DNA of 64,000 nucleotides from Monocercomonoides exilis PA203 (taxonomy: Eukaryota > Protista > Preaxostyla): the NCBI GenBank assembly GCA_001643675.2, contig LSRY02000040.1, positions 372,001-436,000 on the forward strand, read 5' to 3'. Position numbers and translations under genes: made by a program. Of the stretch, positions 49,439 to 62,569 are shown piece after piece; the stretch's first letter is position 1; every line of letters begins with the position of its first letter. The notes below the pieces were generated by a model, which saw only the letters and a program-made list of their open reading frames with translations, was not told the DNA's origin and ran no database searches.

Positions 49439-50893
49439 ATGAGTTTGTCAAATGCTGATAAATGTGAAAAAGGAGTTCATGCTAAGGCCAGAACAGAACA
49501 GTTTTCAAGTTTGTGCATTAATTTGGATTAAATAATTCTGAACATAATTTTTGTTTTTTTAAATTCTATTTGAAGAATTGTTTTGCGAACTGGAACATTG
49601 TAGAGAAGATGAACAAATACAGAAAATCAAGGAAATGAATGGATTAATTGATGAAATGAATGGCAAAGAATTTGAATCAATTTTCACAAAAGATCTATAC
49701 AATAAAATTCAGCAAATGATTGAAGAAAAGACATTGTCATGGAGAAACGCAACCTTGTTGTTGAAGCATGTTGGATATTGCAAAGAGCTGAAACATATTT
49801 CATTTTATTCTTTTAATTATTCATCATTGAGCGAAAGAATGAGAGGGATGATCATTGATGAAAATGAGAAGAAGAAAGAAAAAAAAATGAAAAGTTTCTG
49901 CTTGATCTTTGTGAATGCTATGCTTTGCTAAGCTACAGGTGTTCATATGAATTACTTTCAATTGCTGTTCCTTGCCTTCTGAAAGTTGCATTGAAGAAAG
50001 ACGAGACCGAAGAAGCTCAGAAGGAAGTGGAAATGGCGTTGCTGGCTTTGAGCAATATTGGAAATTGGGTTTGAGAACATTTTTCCATTTTGATATTTTT
50101 GCATATTTTCCTCATTTTTTTTCAAAAGGAAATTGAACAAGAACTGTATTTGAACGAGATAACAGAAATCATCAGATATCATCAGGAGCATCACAACCTC
50201 ACTCGACTTGCCTATCAGTCTGCTTGGCAGTTTTTGTTTTATCGATTAATCAGAGATAAAAGTCTGGAAGAAGTCATCGTGAATGAATTGCATTTTGGAA
50301 GAGAGGCAGCAAGAGAACTGGAAGATCTGTCAAAGAGTGTGGATTGGAAGAGAAAAGAAGAAAGAAGAAAAGAAACAAAAGTGAAAGAAGTGTCTGTTAT
50401 CAAGAGATGGCTCGATGTTATTGATAATTACTTTTCCTCGTGTGAATTGTGGAACAAAGAACTTGCTGGACTCATCGGCAGCATTGTTCAAGTGTTTCTA
50501 GCATCAAGGGACAATTACAAAGAAATTCTAAATGGATGCTTCAATACACTAAGATATGCAGCAGATAATAGAAATGTGAAAATTGATGCTTTTGTAAAGG
50601 AAGGAATCATAGTTCTGTTTTCAGAAGAAATGAATCAATCAACTTTGGATGATGAAAATATGTTGAATTGCTTGTATTTCTTTTTGAATATTTCAGAAAG
50701 GTTGAAAGAAAAGAAGGATGAAGAAACGGACGAAACAAAACGAAAAGAGTTGAAAAAAAAGATATTTGAAAAGATGGAAGAAGAAGGACTTGAAGATATC
50801 ATTGCAAGCCTTTATGGATTCATTTCTTTTGTAAACAAAAATGGTTATCGAGATATATCAAAAAATACTTCTGATTATTTTGTGAATGATTAA
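49439..50893 (+). pseudogene. 3-exon helical multigene-family member, copy A (one frameshift in a poly-A run)
   Basis: Exons 49439-49508, 49576-50068, 50129-50893 with GT-AG introns; exon 1 plus exon 2 is 563 nt (not a multiple of 3); the shift at about 49880 may be a homopolymer sequencing error. Confidence 0.8.
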
Positions 50894-51912
50894 CAAAATT
50901 CTTTTCAATAATAATTGTGACTCTAAAATAATATTTTCTTTTCTTTTTTTTCATATCACAAAATTGAAGGAAAACAAGAATTGAATGAATTAAAATGTGG
51001 TTTTTATTTCCCTTTTTAAAAAAATGAAAAATAAGAAATTCTTTTCTTTTCAAAAAATTCCATCAAGAATCTTCGTTGAATTGATTATTGCCCTCCATCT
51101 TCTTCAACAGGATTCATTTTGAGCTTTGTATTCAATTGTTCAGTTTTTGCCTTTTGAAGCCTCCGAACTTTTGAGCTTATTCTATTTCTGATTATATTCT
51201 CAATGAACAAGAGAAGGTGAAGGAGAAGAATGAAATGGTAATTCTTGAGAAGAATACAAAAGAAATGAAGAAAGAAATGTTCGTTGAAGAAACCTGTTAT
51301 CAGCTTCTTTTGTGCAAAATAAAACAGCAATAAATCTGATGACAAAGAAGAAGATGAAGAATGAAAATCTTATTCAAAAACTGCTTGGCTGAAACAAGTC
51401 AATCTCAATTGAATTCTATCTCTGTTTTTCTTTCTCTTTTGCTCAGAAATCTTCATTTGAAATTCATCCAAATTTTGTTTCATTGCCCTTCACTTCCATT
51501 CCATCCATCATCCGAAAGTGACTCAACCACAATTCACCTGAGTTGTGTGTTGTCTTCCTTGTCGAAACGAATGAAGAAGAAGAAGAAAAGGAAGATCACA
51601 ATTGTTGAAATGAAGACAGATGCTGTGTGAATGTTTGAATGAGGGAGGGAGAGTGTGTGAGTGATGTCAAAGTGGAAGATGAGAATGAGAAGATTGAATG
51701 AAATGAATGAAGAACACACAATTTTTGTTGAATATTCTTCGTGTTCAACTGAAAATGTTGCTTCAGAACGAAATCTTTTCTCATCTCTCTTCTCTTATCT
51801 TTTCATATTTGTTTTTTCACATGCTCGCTTTCTTTCGTCTTTCTTCTTCAAGTTTTCTTCTTTTCTGAGATGAGATGAGATGAAATGAATGGAGATGTGT
51901 GGAATATTCCAT

Positions 51913-53386
51913 TTACAGATACGTTAAACATTCAGAAGCATTTTTTGATAATTTAAGATAACCATTTTCGTTAACAAAAGAAATGAATCCATAAAGGCTT
52001 GTTGTGATATCTTCGTATCCTTCTTCCTCCATCTGTTCAAATATCTTTCTTTTCAATTCTTTTCGTTTTGTTTCGAGCATTTCATCATTCTCCTCCTCTT
52101 TCAGTCTTTCCGAAATTGAAAAACAGAATCTCAAACAATGATATACCATTTCGTTATATAATGTTGATGGGTGAATCTCCTCCAGAATAACTTCAACAGC
52201 TCTGCTCTTTTATAAGATATCTTCATGCTCAACTCCGTTTCTTGCTGCAATTATTAATACATCAACACATTCATTGCGTATGATTTGGCATCTACCCCTT
52301 GCTTCTAGAAACACTTGAACAATGCTGCCGATGAGTCCAGCAAGTTCTTCGTTCCACAAATCGCAGAAGTAAAAGTAATCATAAATTGCATCGAGCCATC
52401 TCCTGATAATATGCAATTCTTTCGTTACTTCTCCGCTTTCTTCTTTTCTCTTCCAATCCACATTCTTTGACAGATCTTCCAGTTCTCTTGCTGCCTCTCT
52501 TGCAAAATGCAATTCTTTCACTATCACTTCTTTCAGGCTTTTGTCAATGTATAATCTGTTTATCAAAAACTGCCAAGCTGATTGATGGGCAAGTCGAGTG
52601 AGGTTGTGATGTTCCTTATGATATTTGATGATTTCTGTTATCTCATTCAAATACAGTTCTTGTTTTATTTCCTTATTAAAATCAGAAAAATATGCAAAAG
52701 TATCAAAAAGGAAATAGAAGCAAACATACAAAAAATGTGTTAATATGACTTAAAGCCAGCAAAGCCATTTCCACTTCTTTTTGAGTCTCCTCATTTCCCT
52801 CTTTCTTCGAGGCAGCTTTCAGAAGGCAAGGGATAATTATTGAAAGCAATTCATCCGAAATAGAGCAGAAATTCAGCAAAGTGAAGCATTCACAAAGATC
52901 AACCAAAAGCTTTTCATCCTTTTTCTTCTCATTTTCATCAATCATCATCTCTTTCATTCTTTCGCTCAATAACGAATAATCAAAAGATTCTAAGTAAATT
53001 GTTTTCAGCTCTCTGAAATATCCAACATGCTTCAACAGCAAGATTGCACTTTCCAATGACAATGTCTTTTCTTCAATCATTCTGTAGATTTTATCGAACA
53101 GTTCTTTTGTGAAAATTGATTTGAATTCTATTTCATTCATTTCATCCATCATTCTTTTCATTTCCTCAATTTTCTGCATTTGTTCATCTTCTCTGCAATG
53201 CTCAAGCTCATAGAACAATTCTTCAAAAGGCATTCAAAAAACAAAAATTTTGTTCAGAATTGGTCAATCCAAATTAAAGAACAAACTTGAAAACTGTTCT
53301 GTTCCGGTCGTAATCAAAATTTCATCTTCAAAATAATTATCTTCAGAATTATTATCTTCAGAAATATCATCTTCTGACAAACTCAT
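51913..53386 (-). pseudogene. Same family, copy B (one premature TAA)
   Basis: Exons 53386-53287, 53220-52730, 52671-51913 are in phase; TAA at 52212-52210; shared motifs LLLKHVGY, KEVEMALLAL, HHNLTRLA, EEEGYEDI. Confidence 0.8.
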
Positions 53387-55661
53387 TCTGTTTGTTCCAA
53401 AAAATATTCAAAAACAAGGCAAAGCGTGATAAGAAACAAAATAAAAGATAAATACAAACATCGTTGATTATCTTGCAGTACCGAAATGATCGCAACACAA
53501 ACTGTTCTATTTTTGCTTAATAAAAAGAAATCCAAAAGAAAATTCGAAGGAGCAGCAATGATTAGTTGTTTGATCCAAAAATGGTAATTTTTTGTTTTTT
53601 GATCAAACCAAAAGAAATTCAAGATGGTGAAAACGTTATGATTTTTGAATTTTCTTAGGAATTGAAGCAGTTTTTAACAAATTTCGGAGAAGCATCAATC
53701 AATAAAAGATGAATGGAATATCTATTATTTTGAAAAGTGAAACAAGTAGATAAGTTGATTGTTAAAGAGAAGATGTTATACATATTTCTGGACTTCAATT
53801 CTGACAAAAAACAAGGGCAACTGATGTTTGTGTGCTCAAAAAATGCAATCTGTTTTTGACATTCATGCATTTTTCTTTTGTGCAGATGATTCGTGGAACT
53901 ATTGAAGATGAAAGAATTCGACAATCAAAAAGTATTAACAATACAAAAGCATTGTGCAGTTGCTTTCAAAGAAAGCGAACTTGAAACGAACCAACAAGAA
54001 GAAAGAAAAAGGTGAAAAAGTATCAACCACAAAAGTGGCCAAAAGAATTGGAGAATAAACAAAAATGAAAATCATTGTGAAGGCTAGCTCCAACGGCAAA
54101 GTTTCATCGTTTCACATATTGGTGCTAAAGTAACAAAAGAATAAGCAGACAATGGCTTTTATGTACTAAATCATTGAACACCTTCGACAAAAAGAAAGCC
54201 ATTTTGCGAGATTGAACGGGAAAGAAAGAAAGAGATGCCAAAAGCCTCTAATCCTTGAGAAACATCATTGAATACCGCGAGCGTTTTCTGATTTTCAATA
54301 AAGCAAATAAGATTGATCTGACTTCAACAGAAGGAATTTATCTCATCATATTGATTCTCTTTAACAAAAATATGGAGATTGTTAAACACATTGATTCTTG
54401 TTCTGGAAACATTGTTTGTTCCGATATTATTCCTTTTGAATAATCCAGAGAATCTTTTTAAATTCATTCTTCGATATTTCAACAGAATACAAAAACTTCA
54501 TCTTTACCATCTCCTTAATCCTACGTTTTTTCACAGGAAACACTGAATGGAAAGAATGATTGTGATGTTGAACATCTTTCGAATTTTCAGTAATGTGTGC
54601 ATCCAACAAGCAATTAAAGGAGAAAAGAGAAGAGAAACTGGAAAAAAGGAAAAGAATATTTGAAAAACAATTTTATGAAAAAGGAGAAGAGATGTTTGAG
54701 AGACCAGTTTGTTGGAGGAAATTGAGGAAATTGTCATTAATGGGAAATTGTTAGATCTGCTGAAATGTGAGGATATGAGAGAGAAAGAAGAGAGATAGAA
54801 AAAAAAAGAAAAAGAAGAGGAAGAAGAATAAAGAGGAAAGTGACAAAGAAAAGTATTTGGCAAAAATGAAAGAGAAGAATGCAAAGTTTGTGCTATCGTG
54901 CTCCACTGCCACGAGATAAAAGAAGAGTTTTATTAAAATTATTTTCAAAAACTGAATATTGAAGGTTATTATATTGTTTTTCGCGTATTTATTGGTTTTT
55001 TTCCATTTCTTTGTTGATATTTCCGCTTTTCTCATTTAAAGTGGAACATTTGTCCTTTTTTTTTTATTAAAAATACTTTGTACTTCCATATTGAATTTTG
55101 TTGCTTTTCAGAGTGGAATTATGTGGTAGAAGATTGATTTGATTGATTAATGATTGAATAATGATTTTCTCCTTCTAATTCAGAACTTGAGAAGCTGCTT
55201 TTTCTCTTCTTCATCATCCTCTGAAAAAAGTGTTTTTTTATTAAAAGCATCCAAATTATGCAATCCTTTTTCTATATTACACATTTCAACAACGAAATAT
55301 ACTACCTTTAGCAAATATGGTGCAATATTCCAGCAGTTTTGAAAAATACTGCAATTTGATCCAAACTTTTTCTTCTTTCATATCATAATTAATGAAGCAA
55401 TCTTCTCAAAAAAATTTTTATTTGAATTGAATATTGAATTGAGAAACAATTCAGAAATAATAGAGTGAAACAAAATTCATAAACAAATAAAATATCATCC
55501 CCTATAGAAGCAATAAACGTTATAAATTCAATTTGAACATATTTGTCAACAATACATATCTTTGGCAACAATCATTTAGCTTTTTTTTTTTGTTAAACAT
55601 ACCCTTAATTATAATTGAATAATCAACGTAAATAAAAAAATGCAACAGATCAAAAATCGAA

Positions 55662-56855
55662 ATGGAAAAAAAGGTGTCTGGCAAGCCGAAAAGCATCGAG
55701 CAGCGTAAGCAGCTGTACAGCCTGGATGGGATCCGCGGGATATGCGGGATGTGTGTTGTGTTCTACCACCTGGTGGGGACTATATACCATTACCAGCCGT
55801 ACACGAAGATTGTGAATCACGGATACTTGATTGTGGACTTTTTCTATTTGATCACCGGGTTTGTGTTGGGGTATGCGTACGACAAAAAGAAAACGTCGCT
55901 GTCAGCCTGGAGCTTCGTGAAGAGGCGTTTTGTGCGGCTGCAACCACTGGTATTCCTCACTTCGCTGGTGCCAACGTTTTTCTTGCGGTACTTGAATGCA
56001 CCTTCAATCGGGTGGGTGAATTACGGGGATGTTCCTGTTTTGAACAGGGTGGTACTGCTGATTTTAGCGACACTTAACATTCCAGCGCAGAAAAGTCTTG
56101 TGTACTCAGCAAACCCGTCGATGTTTCCTCTGAACCCTCCTCAATGGTTTTTGGTATATGCTTACATTGGGAACATCCTGTACATAGCGGTGTTGAGGTA
56201 TTGTCGAACTTCTGTTCTTTGTGTGTGTGCTGCAATATCCTCGATATGCACCGGATACATGACTTTCACGTCTGAGTTTGGGTACGTGAACGGAGGATTC
56301 CTTCTAAACGATCGGAAGATGGCGCCGTTTGGGATTGTGAGGCTAATGACACCTCTGCTGATCGGGCAGGTTATAAGCAGGGTTTATCAAAAGCAGGAAA
56401 TGAAGTCGAAAGAAGAGGAAAAGAAGGGAAAGAAGAGTTCAGGGGGAATTCAATTTGCATTCTGGATTGCGAGTGCTTGCCTGATTTCGATGAGCAAAGT
56501 TCCGTATCTACGCAAGGAGGGGGAAAGCGCATACAGAAACGCAGCGTTTGACACAGCAGCAGTGACGATTATTGAACCACTGATATTGATGGTGATCATC
56601 AACGGATGCCAGCCGAGCCAATGGGAGTGCGACTTGTTCGTGTGGATGGGAAAGATGTCATATCCGCTTTTCCTGTGCCATCACATTTTTGTAGACTTTA
56701 TGTTCTGCTGGGTGGCGAACAACAATCTTACGTTTGACTATGTGTGGATCATGTTTGTGGGGATTATTGTGTTGAGTGTTGCTCTTGCGCATTTCTACGA
56801 GATTTACTTCAATGAGCCTGTACAAAAGTGGATATCAACACGTCTTCATGTGTAG
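55662..56855 (+). CDS. Membrane acyltransferase-3 (OafA/YrhL-like O-acyltransferase), intronless
   Basis: 397 aa; LDGIRG..VVFYH, NHGYLIVDFF..TGFV.GYAYD, KRRFVRLQP, GKMSYPLFLCH, YFNEP; about 10 hydrophobic segments. Confidence 0.93.
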   Translation: MEKKVSGKPKSIEQRKQLYSLDGIRGICGMCVVFYHLVGTIYHYQPYTKIVNHGYLIVDFFYLITGFVLGYAYDKKKTSLSAWSFVKRRFVRLQPLVFLTSLVPTFFLRYLNAPSIGWVNYGDVPVLNRVVLLILATLNIPAQKSLVYSANPSMFPLNPPQWFLVYAYIGNILYIAVLRYCRTSVLCVCAAISSICTGYMTFTSEFGYVNGGFLLNDRKMAPFGIVRLMTPLLIGQVISRVYQKQEMKSKEEEKKGKKSSGGIQFAFWIASACLISMSKVPYLRKEGESAYRNAAFDTAAVTIIEPLILMVIINGCQPSQWECDLFVWMGKMSYPLFLCHHIFVDFMFCWVANNNLTFDYVWIMFVGIIVLSVALAHFYEIYFNEPVQKWISTRLHV

Positions 56856-57599
56856 AGTGCGGCAAAATGTTTTTTATGAAGCCATCAAAAATCGGGGGAA
56901 AAAATGAAATTGGCTTGGAAAAGATTGCAGCGATACGAATTCATTTCGAATTTTGATGTATTTATATTTTTGTTTTTTGTTTTTTGTTTTTTGTTTTTTG
57001 TTTTTATTAAAACAAACACCTTTCCATGTCGAAGTGTAAATCAATGCTTTGAGTTGAAAGTGAATTGTAAGCAATGACAAATCAAATATTCATGAAATGG
57101 TATCACTATTTTCTTTGTTTATTTTTAATATTTTGAAACTTTTGGATGGGTGTTGGAAAAATAACTCCTTATTGAAAGCGGAAAGGTTTGATTTCGATTC
57201 TAAGATAGAAATGTTTTTCGTGTTGCGATATTTCATGGAAGGAAAACCATTTCTTCAATCAAATATATGGGAATACAAAAAGGTTTGATTGCTAATGAGA
57301 AACTGAATAAAAATGAACCTTTTTGAACTTCTTTTTGCGAGACTCACAAAATTAGCTTTTTCGAAACATTGCCACTTAAATACTTGTGATATAATTTAAA
57401 CTCATCCTGAAAAACAATAAGAAAATTATTTCTCTTGCATTTTAATAAATATTAAAAAAACAAAAAGAATCCAAATATTCAACATAAAAAATAAGTTCGG
57501 TAACACTCCAAAATCAACGAGGGAGATAAATGAAAAAGCTAAAGTCCTGACTGTTATGATTTATGAATATAATAAACAAAAAAATAAAATCCATCAAAA

Positions 57600-60353
57600 T
57601 CAAAACTGATTTAATGAATCCAAATCTCTTTGAAACGAAAGAAAACAGGAACAAAACCTATCAAACGAAAAGAGAGACGAAACATTAATCATTTCCACTA
57701 ATTCACTTGCGGATTCTGGAATGTCTTGAGAAAATGATTGCAAACGAGTGTCATTGGCCAGCTGCAATCCGCCAAATGAAAGACATTTGCTCAAATTGCT
57801 CAATTTAAAGCAATCAGTTTCTTTCTCATTTGACGAACAAGCTTCTGCCACTCTATCTATCTCATTCACACACATGTGTCCTTTTCCATTCTTTTTCTTT
57901 CTTCTCAGCTTTCTCTTTGCTTCTGAATCCACATGATTCCGTTTTTGCTGCATAAACATGCTGTCCAAATGCATAATCTTCTTTTCTTCCATTTTTAAAG
58001 CCTCAAAAACTTTCTTTTTTCTTTGTTCTTCATTTTCAAACTTCTGAAAAGATAAAAGCAACACAAACACGAAAAGCTCAGAGAAAGAAGGGAAAAGAAG
58101 ATGGTGAAAGAAACTGTGCGAAGAAAACGAAGAAAACGAAGATGATGACGAAAGACGAGATGAAAAAGAATCCTTCAAAGAATTCTGAGTGAAGGTGAAA
58201 GAGGAAGGAGAAGGAGGCAGTTGATGAATACTGAATGGATACAAGGCAGACAGCTTCACAGGAAACTTGTTTGTTTGCAACAGCCCCAAACACGATTTGT
58301 TAGAAGAGAAGGAAGAAGAAGAAGAAGAAGAATTAGCAGAAAATTGATCGAAACAGCATGAAGAGAAATAATCTTTATGTTGAAAAGCAGAATATTCACC
58401 ATACGATTGACAATGCTCAGTTTTATTGCACTTTCCTGAAACCAATTTTGAGGCTATTTCTCTTGCTGAAGAGTCAGAAAGAGAGCGGTTGTGATAGCAA
58501 CAATGATGATATCGGTGACAAGATGTGTTAATGAATTGCTCATTAACATTAACATTGGCGATCTGCTTGTTGCTGTTTGATGAAGAGGCAGACAAAGGCA
58601 ATAAAGAAGACAACGATTGCTGTGAAGAATTAATGAACGGTGAAGAATTGCAAGAAGAGGCAGATGGGAAGAAGCTTCGATATTTCGAAGAAGTTGAAGA
58701 AGAAGACAGATTTATCATCAAACTTTTTGGGTCAGCCGAAAGAGCTGAAGAAGCAGCAGGGGCATTTGAAGAAGGAATGAAAGAAGAAACAGCCGACGGA
58801 TTTGAAGAAGCCAATGAAACAGAATAGCGCTTCATTGGAGAATCAACAGCTGAAGAGTTGTTCCTCCTCTTGTTCGCATTGCTGGCATTTTCTGCAATGA
58901 AAGTGCGTCTCATTGAACTGCACTCGCGGCAATGGCATCTGATTCCAGAAAGAAACATGGAAAGCGGGTGCGTAAGAGAGGAAAGCGAGGAAAGAGAGAA
59001 AGAAGAAGGAGAAGGATGAAGAGAAAGAGGGATCGGAGGAAGATGCAGAGCAGAGGAAAGAGAATTGTCGTTCGAAAAAGACGGGGAGAGAGAAGATAGA
59101 GAAGAAGAAGAAGAAGAAGAGGAAATTGGATGTTTTAATAATATTTCAGCAGTATTCACAATCAAAGAAGAAGAAGATGATGATGATGATAGAGAAGAAG
59201 AAGAAGTCCGAAGAAGAGAAGGAGAAAGAGAAGGAATGCAAGAATATGAAGAAGAACGTTCATCAACAAGTAGAGCAGCAACAAAACTGGATTTTTCTGT
59301 TTCTTCGCCATTTTTCGGAGATTTTGGAGATTTTTGAGAATTTTTTGAGTTTTGAGGGTTTTTTCTGTTTGTTTGTGTTTTGATGGAAGAAGAAGACAAA
59401 GAAGAAAGAGAAGAAAGAGAAAAGGAAGGAGAAGAAGAAGAAGAAGGGAAAGAAGAAGGCGAAACAGTAGAAGGAGTAGGAGAAGGAGAAGAAGAATAAG
59501 AAGAAGACAAAGTTGAATGATGATGAGGAGGTTGAGGGCTCAACACTTGAACAGAATAATACAGAAGCTCAGGAATAGAAGAGGAAGAAGAGGAAGAAAT
59601 AGAAGAAGAAGGAAGAGAAAGAGGGAGAGGAGGATCCAAATGAGGAGAAGAGACGAGAGGAGGATTTGAAAGAGAGAGAGAAAGAGGAGGAGGAGGAGAA
59701 ATTGGACGGGAAGGACTTTCTGAAGAAGAAGAAGAAGATGATGATGATGATGATGAAGGAGAAGGAGAATAGGAAAAGGAAGAAGAAGAAGCAGATTCAG
59801 ATAATGGAGATGATGATGATAATGATGAAGTTAAAGGATAAGAGGAGGAGGAAGAAGAATTTTTAGGAGAAGAAGATGAAGAGGATAATGATGAATCAAG
59901 AGAAGAAGAAGAAGAAGAAGAAGAAGAACTCGAGCATTCTCCGTCGTGGCTTTTCGGATCGCTACTGGTATCAAAGGAACCGGTGGATGCGCAAGATTTG
60001 TCTCGTTTCTCCAAGAAATTTGAAACCCGTCTTGACTTTGACTGCTTCCTGGTCAGCTTCATCTCATTGATTGTGCGTTTTCTATTGTTGTTTAGGCACA
60101 GAAGGTGAAATACATCTGAAGCTGATTGGTGATCTCTTCGAGTGCTTCTTGTTCGACTTTGTAATCTCCTCCTTTTGCCAATCTCGATAAATTGTCTGCT
60201 CTGACGTTTCTCTCTCCGGGAATATGTTGAGCTTTCACAACAACTTTCAGCCCTTGGATTTGTTTTTTTAATTTTTTCTGAAAGGTTTTGAGATTCGTAC
60301 CAGCTCCCCATCGATTCAGATTGTAAACTGCTTTGCGTTGTCTGATCGAACAA
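57600..60353 (-). CDS. Ser-rich hypothetical ORF whose first ~87 codons lie in DIRS sequence
   Basis: 917-codon ORF; 60092-60353 overlaps the DIRS RNase H remnant in another frame; the 3' end probably runs into an intron. Confidence 0.45.
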   Translation of the reverse strand: MFDQTTQSSLQSESMGSWYESQNLSEKIKKTNPRAESCCESSTYSRREKRQSRQFIEIGKRRRLQSRTRSTRRDHQSASDVFHLLCLNNNRKRTINEMKLTRKQSKSRRVSNFLEKRDKSCASTGSFDTSSDPKSHDGECSSSSSSSSSSSLDSSLSSSSSSPKNSSSSSSYPLTSSLSSSSPLSESASSSSFSYSPSPSSSSSSSSSSSSESPSRPISPPPPLSLSLSNPPLVSSPHLDPPLPLSLPSSSISSSSSSSIPELLYYSVQVLSPQPPHHHSTLSSSYSSSPSPTPSTVSPSSFPSSSSSPSFSLSSLSSLSSSSIKTQTNRKNPQNSKNSQKSPKSPKNGEETEKSSFVAALLVDERSSSYSCIPSLSPSLLRTSSSSLSSSSSSSSLIVNTAEILLKHPISSSSSSSSLSSLSPSFSNDNSLSSALHLPPIPLSLHPSPSSFSLSSLSSLTHPLSMFLSGIRCHCRECSSMRRTFIAENASNANKRRNNSSAVDSPMKRYSVSLASSNPSAVSSFIPSSNAPAASSALSADPKSLMINLSSSSTSSKYRSFFPSASSCNSSPFINSSQQSLSSLLPLSASSSNSNKQIANVNVNEQFINTSCHRYHHCCYHNRSLSDSSAREIASKLVSGKCNKTEHCQSYGEYSAFQHKDYFSSCCFDQFSANSSSSSSSFSSNKSCLGLLQTNKFPVKLSALYPFSIHQLPPSPSSFTFTQNSLKDSFSSRLSSSSSFSSFSSHSFFHHLLFPSFSELFVFVLLLSFQKFENEEQRKKKVFEALKMEEKKIMHLDSMFMQQKRNHVDSEAKRKLRRKKKNGKGHMCVNEIDRVAEACSSNEKETDCFKLSNLSKCLSFGGLQLANDTRLQSFSQDIPESASELVEMINVSSLFSFDRFCSCFLSFQRDLDSLNQF

Positions 60354-62120
60354 GCAGATTTCTTATTTCTTGATTTCGAATGGAATTTGAGAAATGAGTG
60401 ATGGATTGATATCAAGAAAATCGCTTTCTGAAATTTGAACTTTGGCTTTTGATTGATGGTGGAAGAGGTTTGAAAAAGTCCAGCATTTGATTGTTAACTT
60501 TCACTGTTGCTCCGATGGCAAATCCTGATGCATCAATTGTTGAAATAGCTTCTGGTCGAAACTTTGGATTCAGTCTCCTTGGTTAATTCTCTTTCAGCCT
60601 TTCGCTCCACTTCCCGAGGCATTTTGTTATCGATGCATTCACATTCAGTTTCCCTATCAACGAGGCAAACTTTTTTATCGAAACAACTGTGTTGTATTAG
60701 GCAATCCTCCTCCATTTCTGGAACTCTTTCATCAGCTCTGTTTTCTTCGACACCTTCATTTGTACCACAAACCGATTGGAATTTGTTGAACAACGAAAGG
60801 GTTTTCTCCACAATAATGTTGAGTTCCTGTGGATTTTGATGAAAAAGAACAAATTCGTCAAGGTGCGCAATAACTGTCAAGTTCCATTATTCCCTCAAAT
60901 ATTTCAGAACTTTTCTTATCACTTTTGTGAACGTTCGTGGTGCGTCTTTGTATCCGAAAGGCATTCCGTGGAAAGCGTAGTATTTTCCTTTGAAAATGAA
61001 CGAAAGGAATGGCGATAATTCTTCGCTGACTTTTATGAGATAATAAGCTTGGATCAAATCCAATGTGACTGCGTAATCCTGTTCTTGTATAATTTTCTCC
61101 ACTGTTTTGTGGTCTTCTTGCTTGCAATAAATCGTCTTGATTGCATTGTTGAGTCTTCGGCAATCCACGATTTGCCTCCAGCCACCATCTTTCTTTCTGA
61201 TAACAAACACTGGGTTCATATGCTTCACATCCTACTCCTGAATTGGCTTGATGATATTTGTTTCCAGTTGCTTCTTGATCATCTCTGAAAAGGCTTGTTG
61301 GGCTTCTTGACTCTGGTGCTCCAAAGGGATGAAAACTCCTGTTTTCTTGTAAGATTCCTTCGCAGCTTTGCTCCTCCATACAGGGATTACTCCTTTCCCA
61401 ATAATGCGTGCTCCTCCAATTTATTCCCATTCTTCAAGAACTTCTGATAGCCTTTGAGTAAGAAGACTGGTAGCTGAGCTCTCCTTCATCTGTGCAGCTG
61501 GACTAAAGCCTAATCTTCCTAAAATTCTTACAAATCTTGCTTCCTTCAGCGCTTTTGAAATCAGGAAAATTCCATCTACAATTGATCCTTTTTCGTCATC
61601 TTTTTCTTTTTATTTCACATGTGTGTAAAGCAGAATTTTAATAGCTGGATACAGAAATGCTTCAATTCTCTCGCCTGCGTTATCCAACACATCGTTCATC
61701 CAATTATCTGTTCCAGAAGCTGAATGAGGAGCCCTATGCAAAAATGGACTTTGATCATCTTCCTTCATGTCAAAAATAAGATCTTCCAAATTTCTTTCTG
61801 GTAAATCCATATCATATAAGTTGCAATTTGGATCTCTGAGAAATATTGTTTTAATACTGTTTTCTAGTAGCCAACTATCCTCGTCAAGGCTTATTTTCGC
61901 TTCTGAAGCTCCGGGGATCTGCTGGGAAAATACAGAACTGGAATGAGATATCATACTCGAAAACATCTCTCCCGGAGGTCCATCTGACATCATCGATGAG
62001 GCAGAATTACACGCGTGTCCAGTGCCGAATGGGGAGCTTAGGAGCATTCTTTTTTTCAGATTCGCTTTGACTGACCCTTAAGTGATACTCTCAGATCGAA
62101 GAGAAGAAAGTGAATTTCAA
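60092..62120 (-). mobile_element. Second-family DIRS retrotransposon remnant (left end, gag, RT, RNase H; no YR)
   Basis: KKDGGWRQIVDCRRLN, LDLIQAYY, MPFGYKDAPRTF, AHLDE (YxDD relic), VYNLNRWGAG, HIPGERNVRADNLSR; 62065-62115 resembles the left ITR of the complete element. Confidence 0.88.
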
Positions 62121-62569
62121 ATTTTCTTTTTTAAAAAAAAATATTAATCGTTTTTGATGAAAAAAATTCTTAATATGGGACAATATTTTTTTCCTTCATG
62201 AATTTCGTTCCATTCAGAATTTTCCAATATTTTTCTTTATTTTTAAAAATTTCTCTATTTTCTTGAATTGTAATGGAAGACTAATAAAAATAATATTGCA
62301 GGAGAAGTTAGGAACAAATCTCAGTTTTTTTCATGATTGCCAAAATTTCGTTTCATACGAAAGTTTTCTATTACAAAATTTTATTTATTATAATGAAGTT
62401 TGCAAAAAACAAACACACATTTTCTTCTTCAGCTGATAACATTTCACACAATTCAATAAAAATTTTCATTTTAAAAAAGCTGCAAACTTCAGTTTTCTGA
62501 TGAGGAAAATTATCCAAAAAGAAAAATATGAAATTCAGAGAAACAGAATTATCTCATTGTCACATTTCT

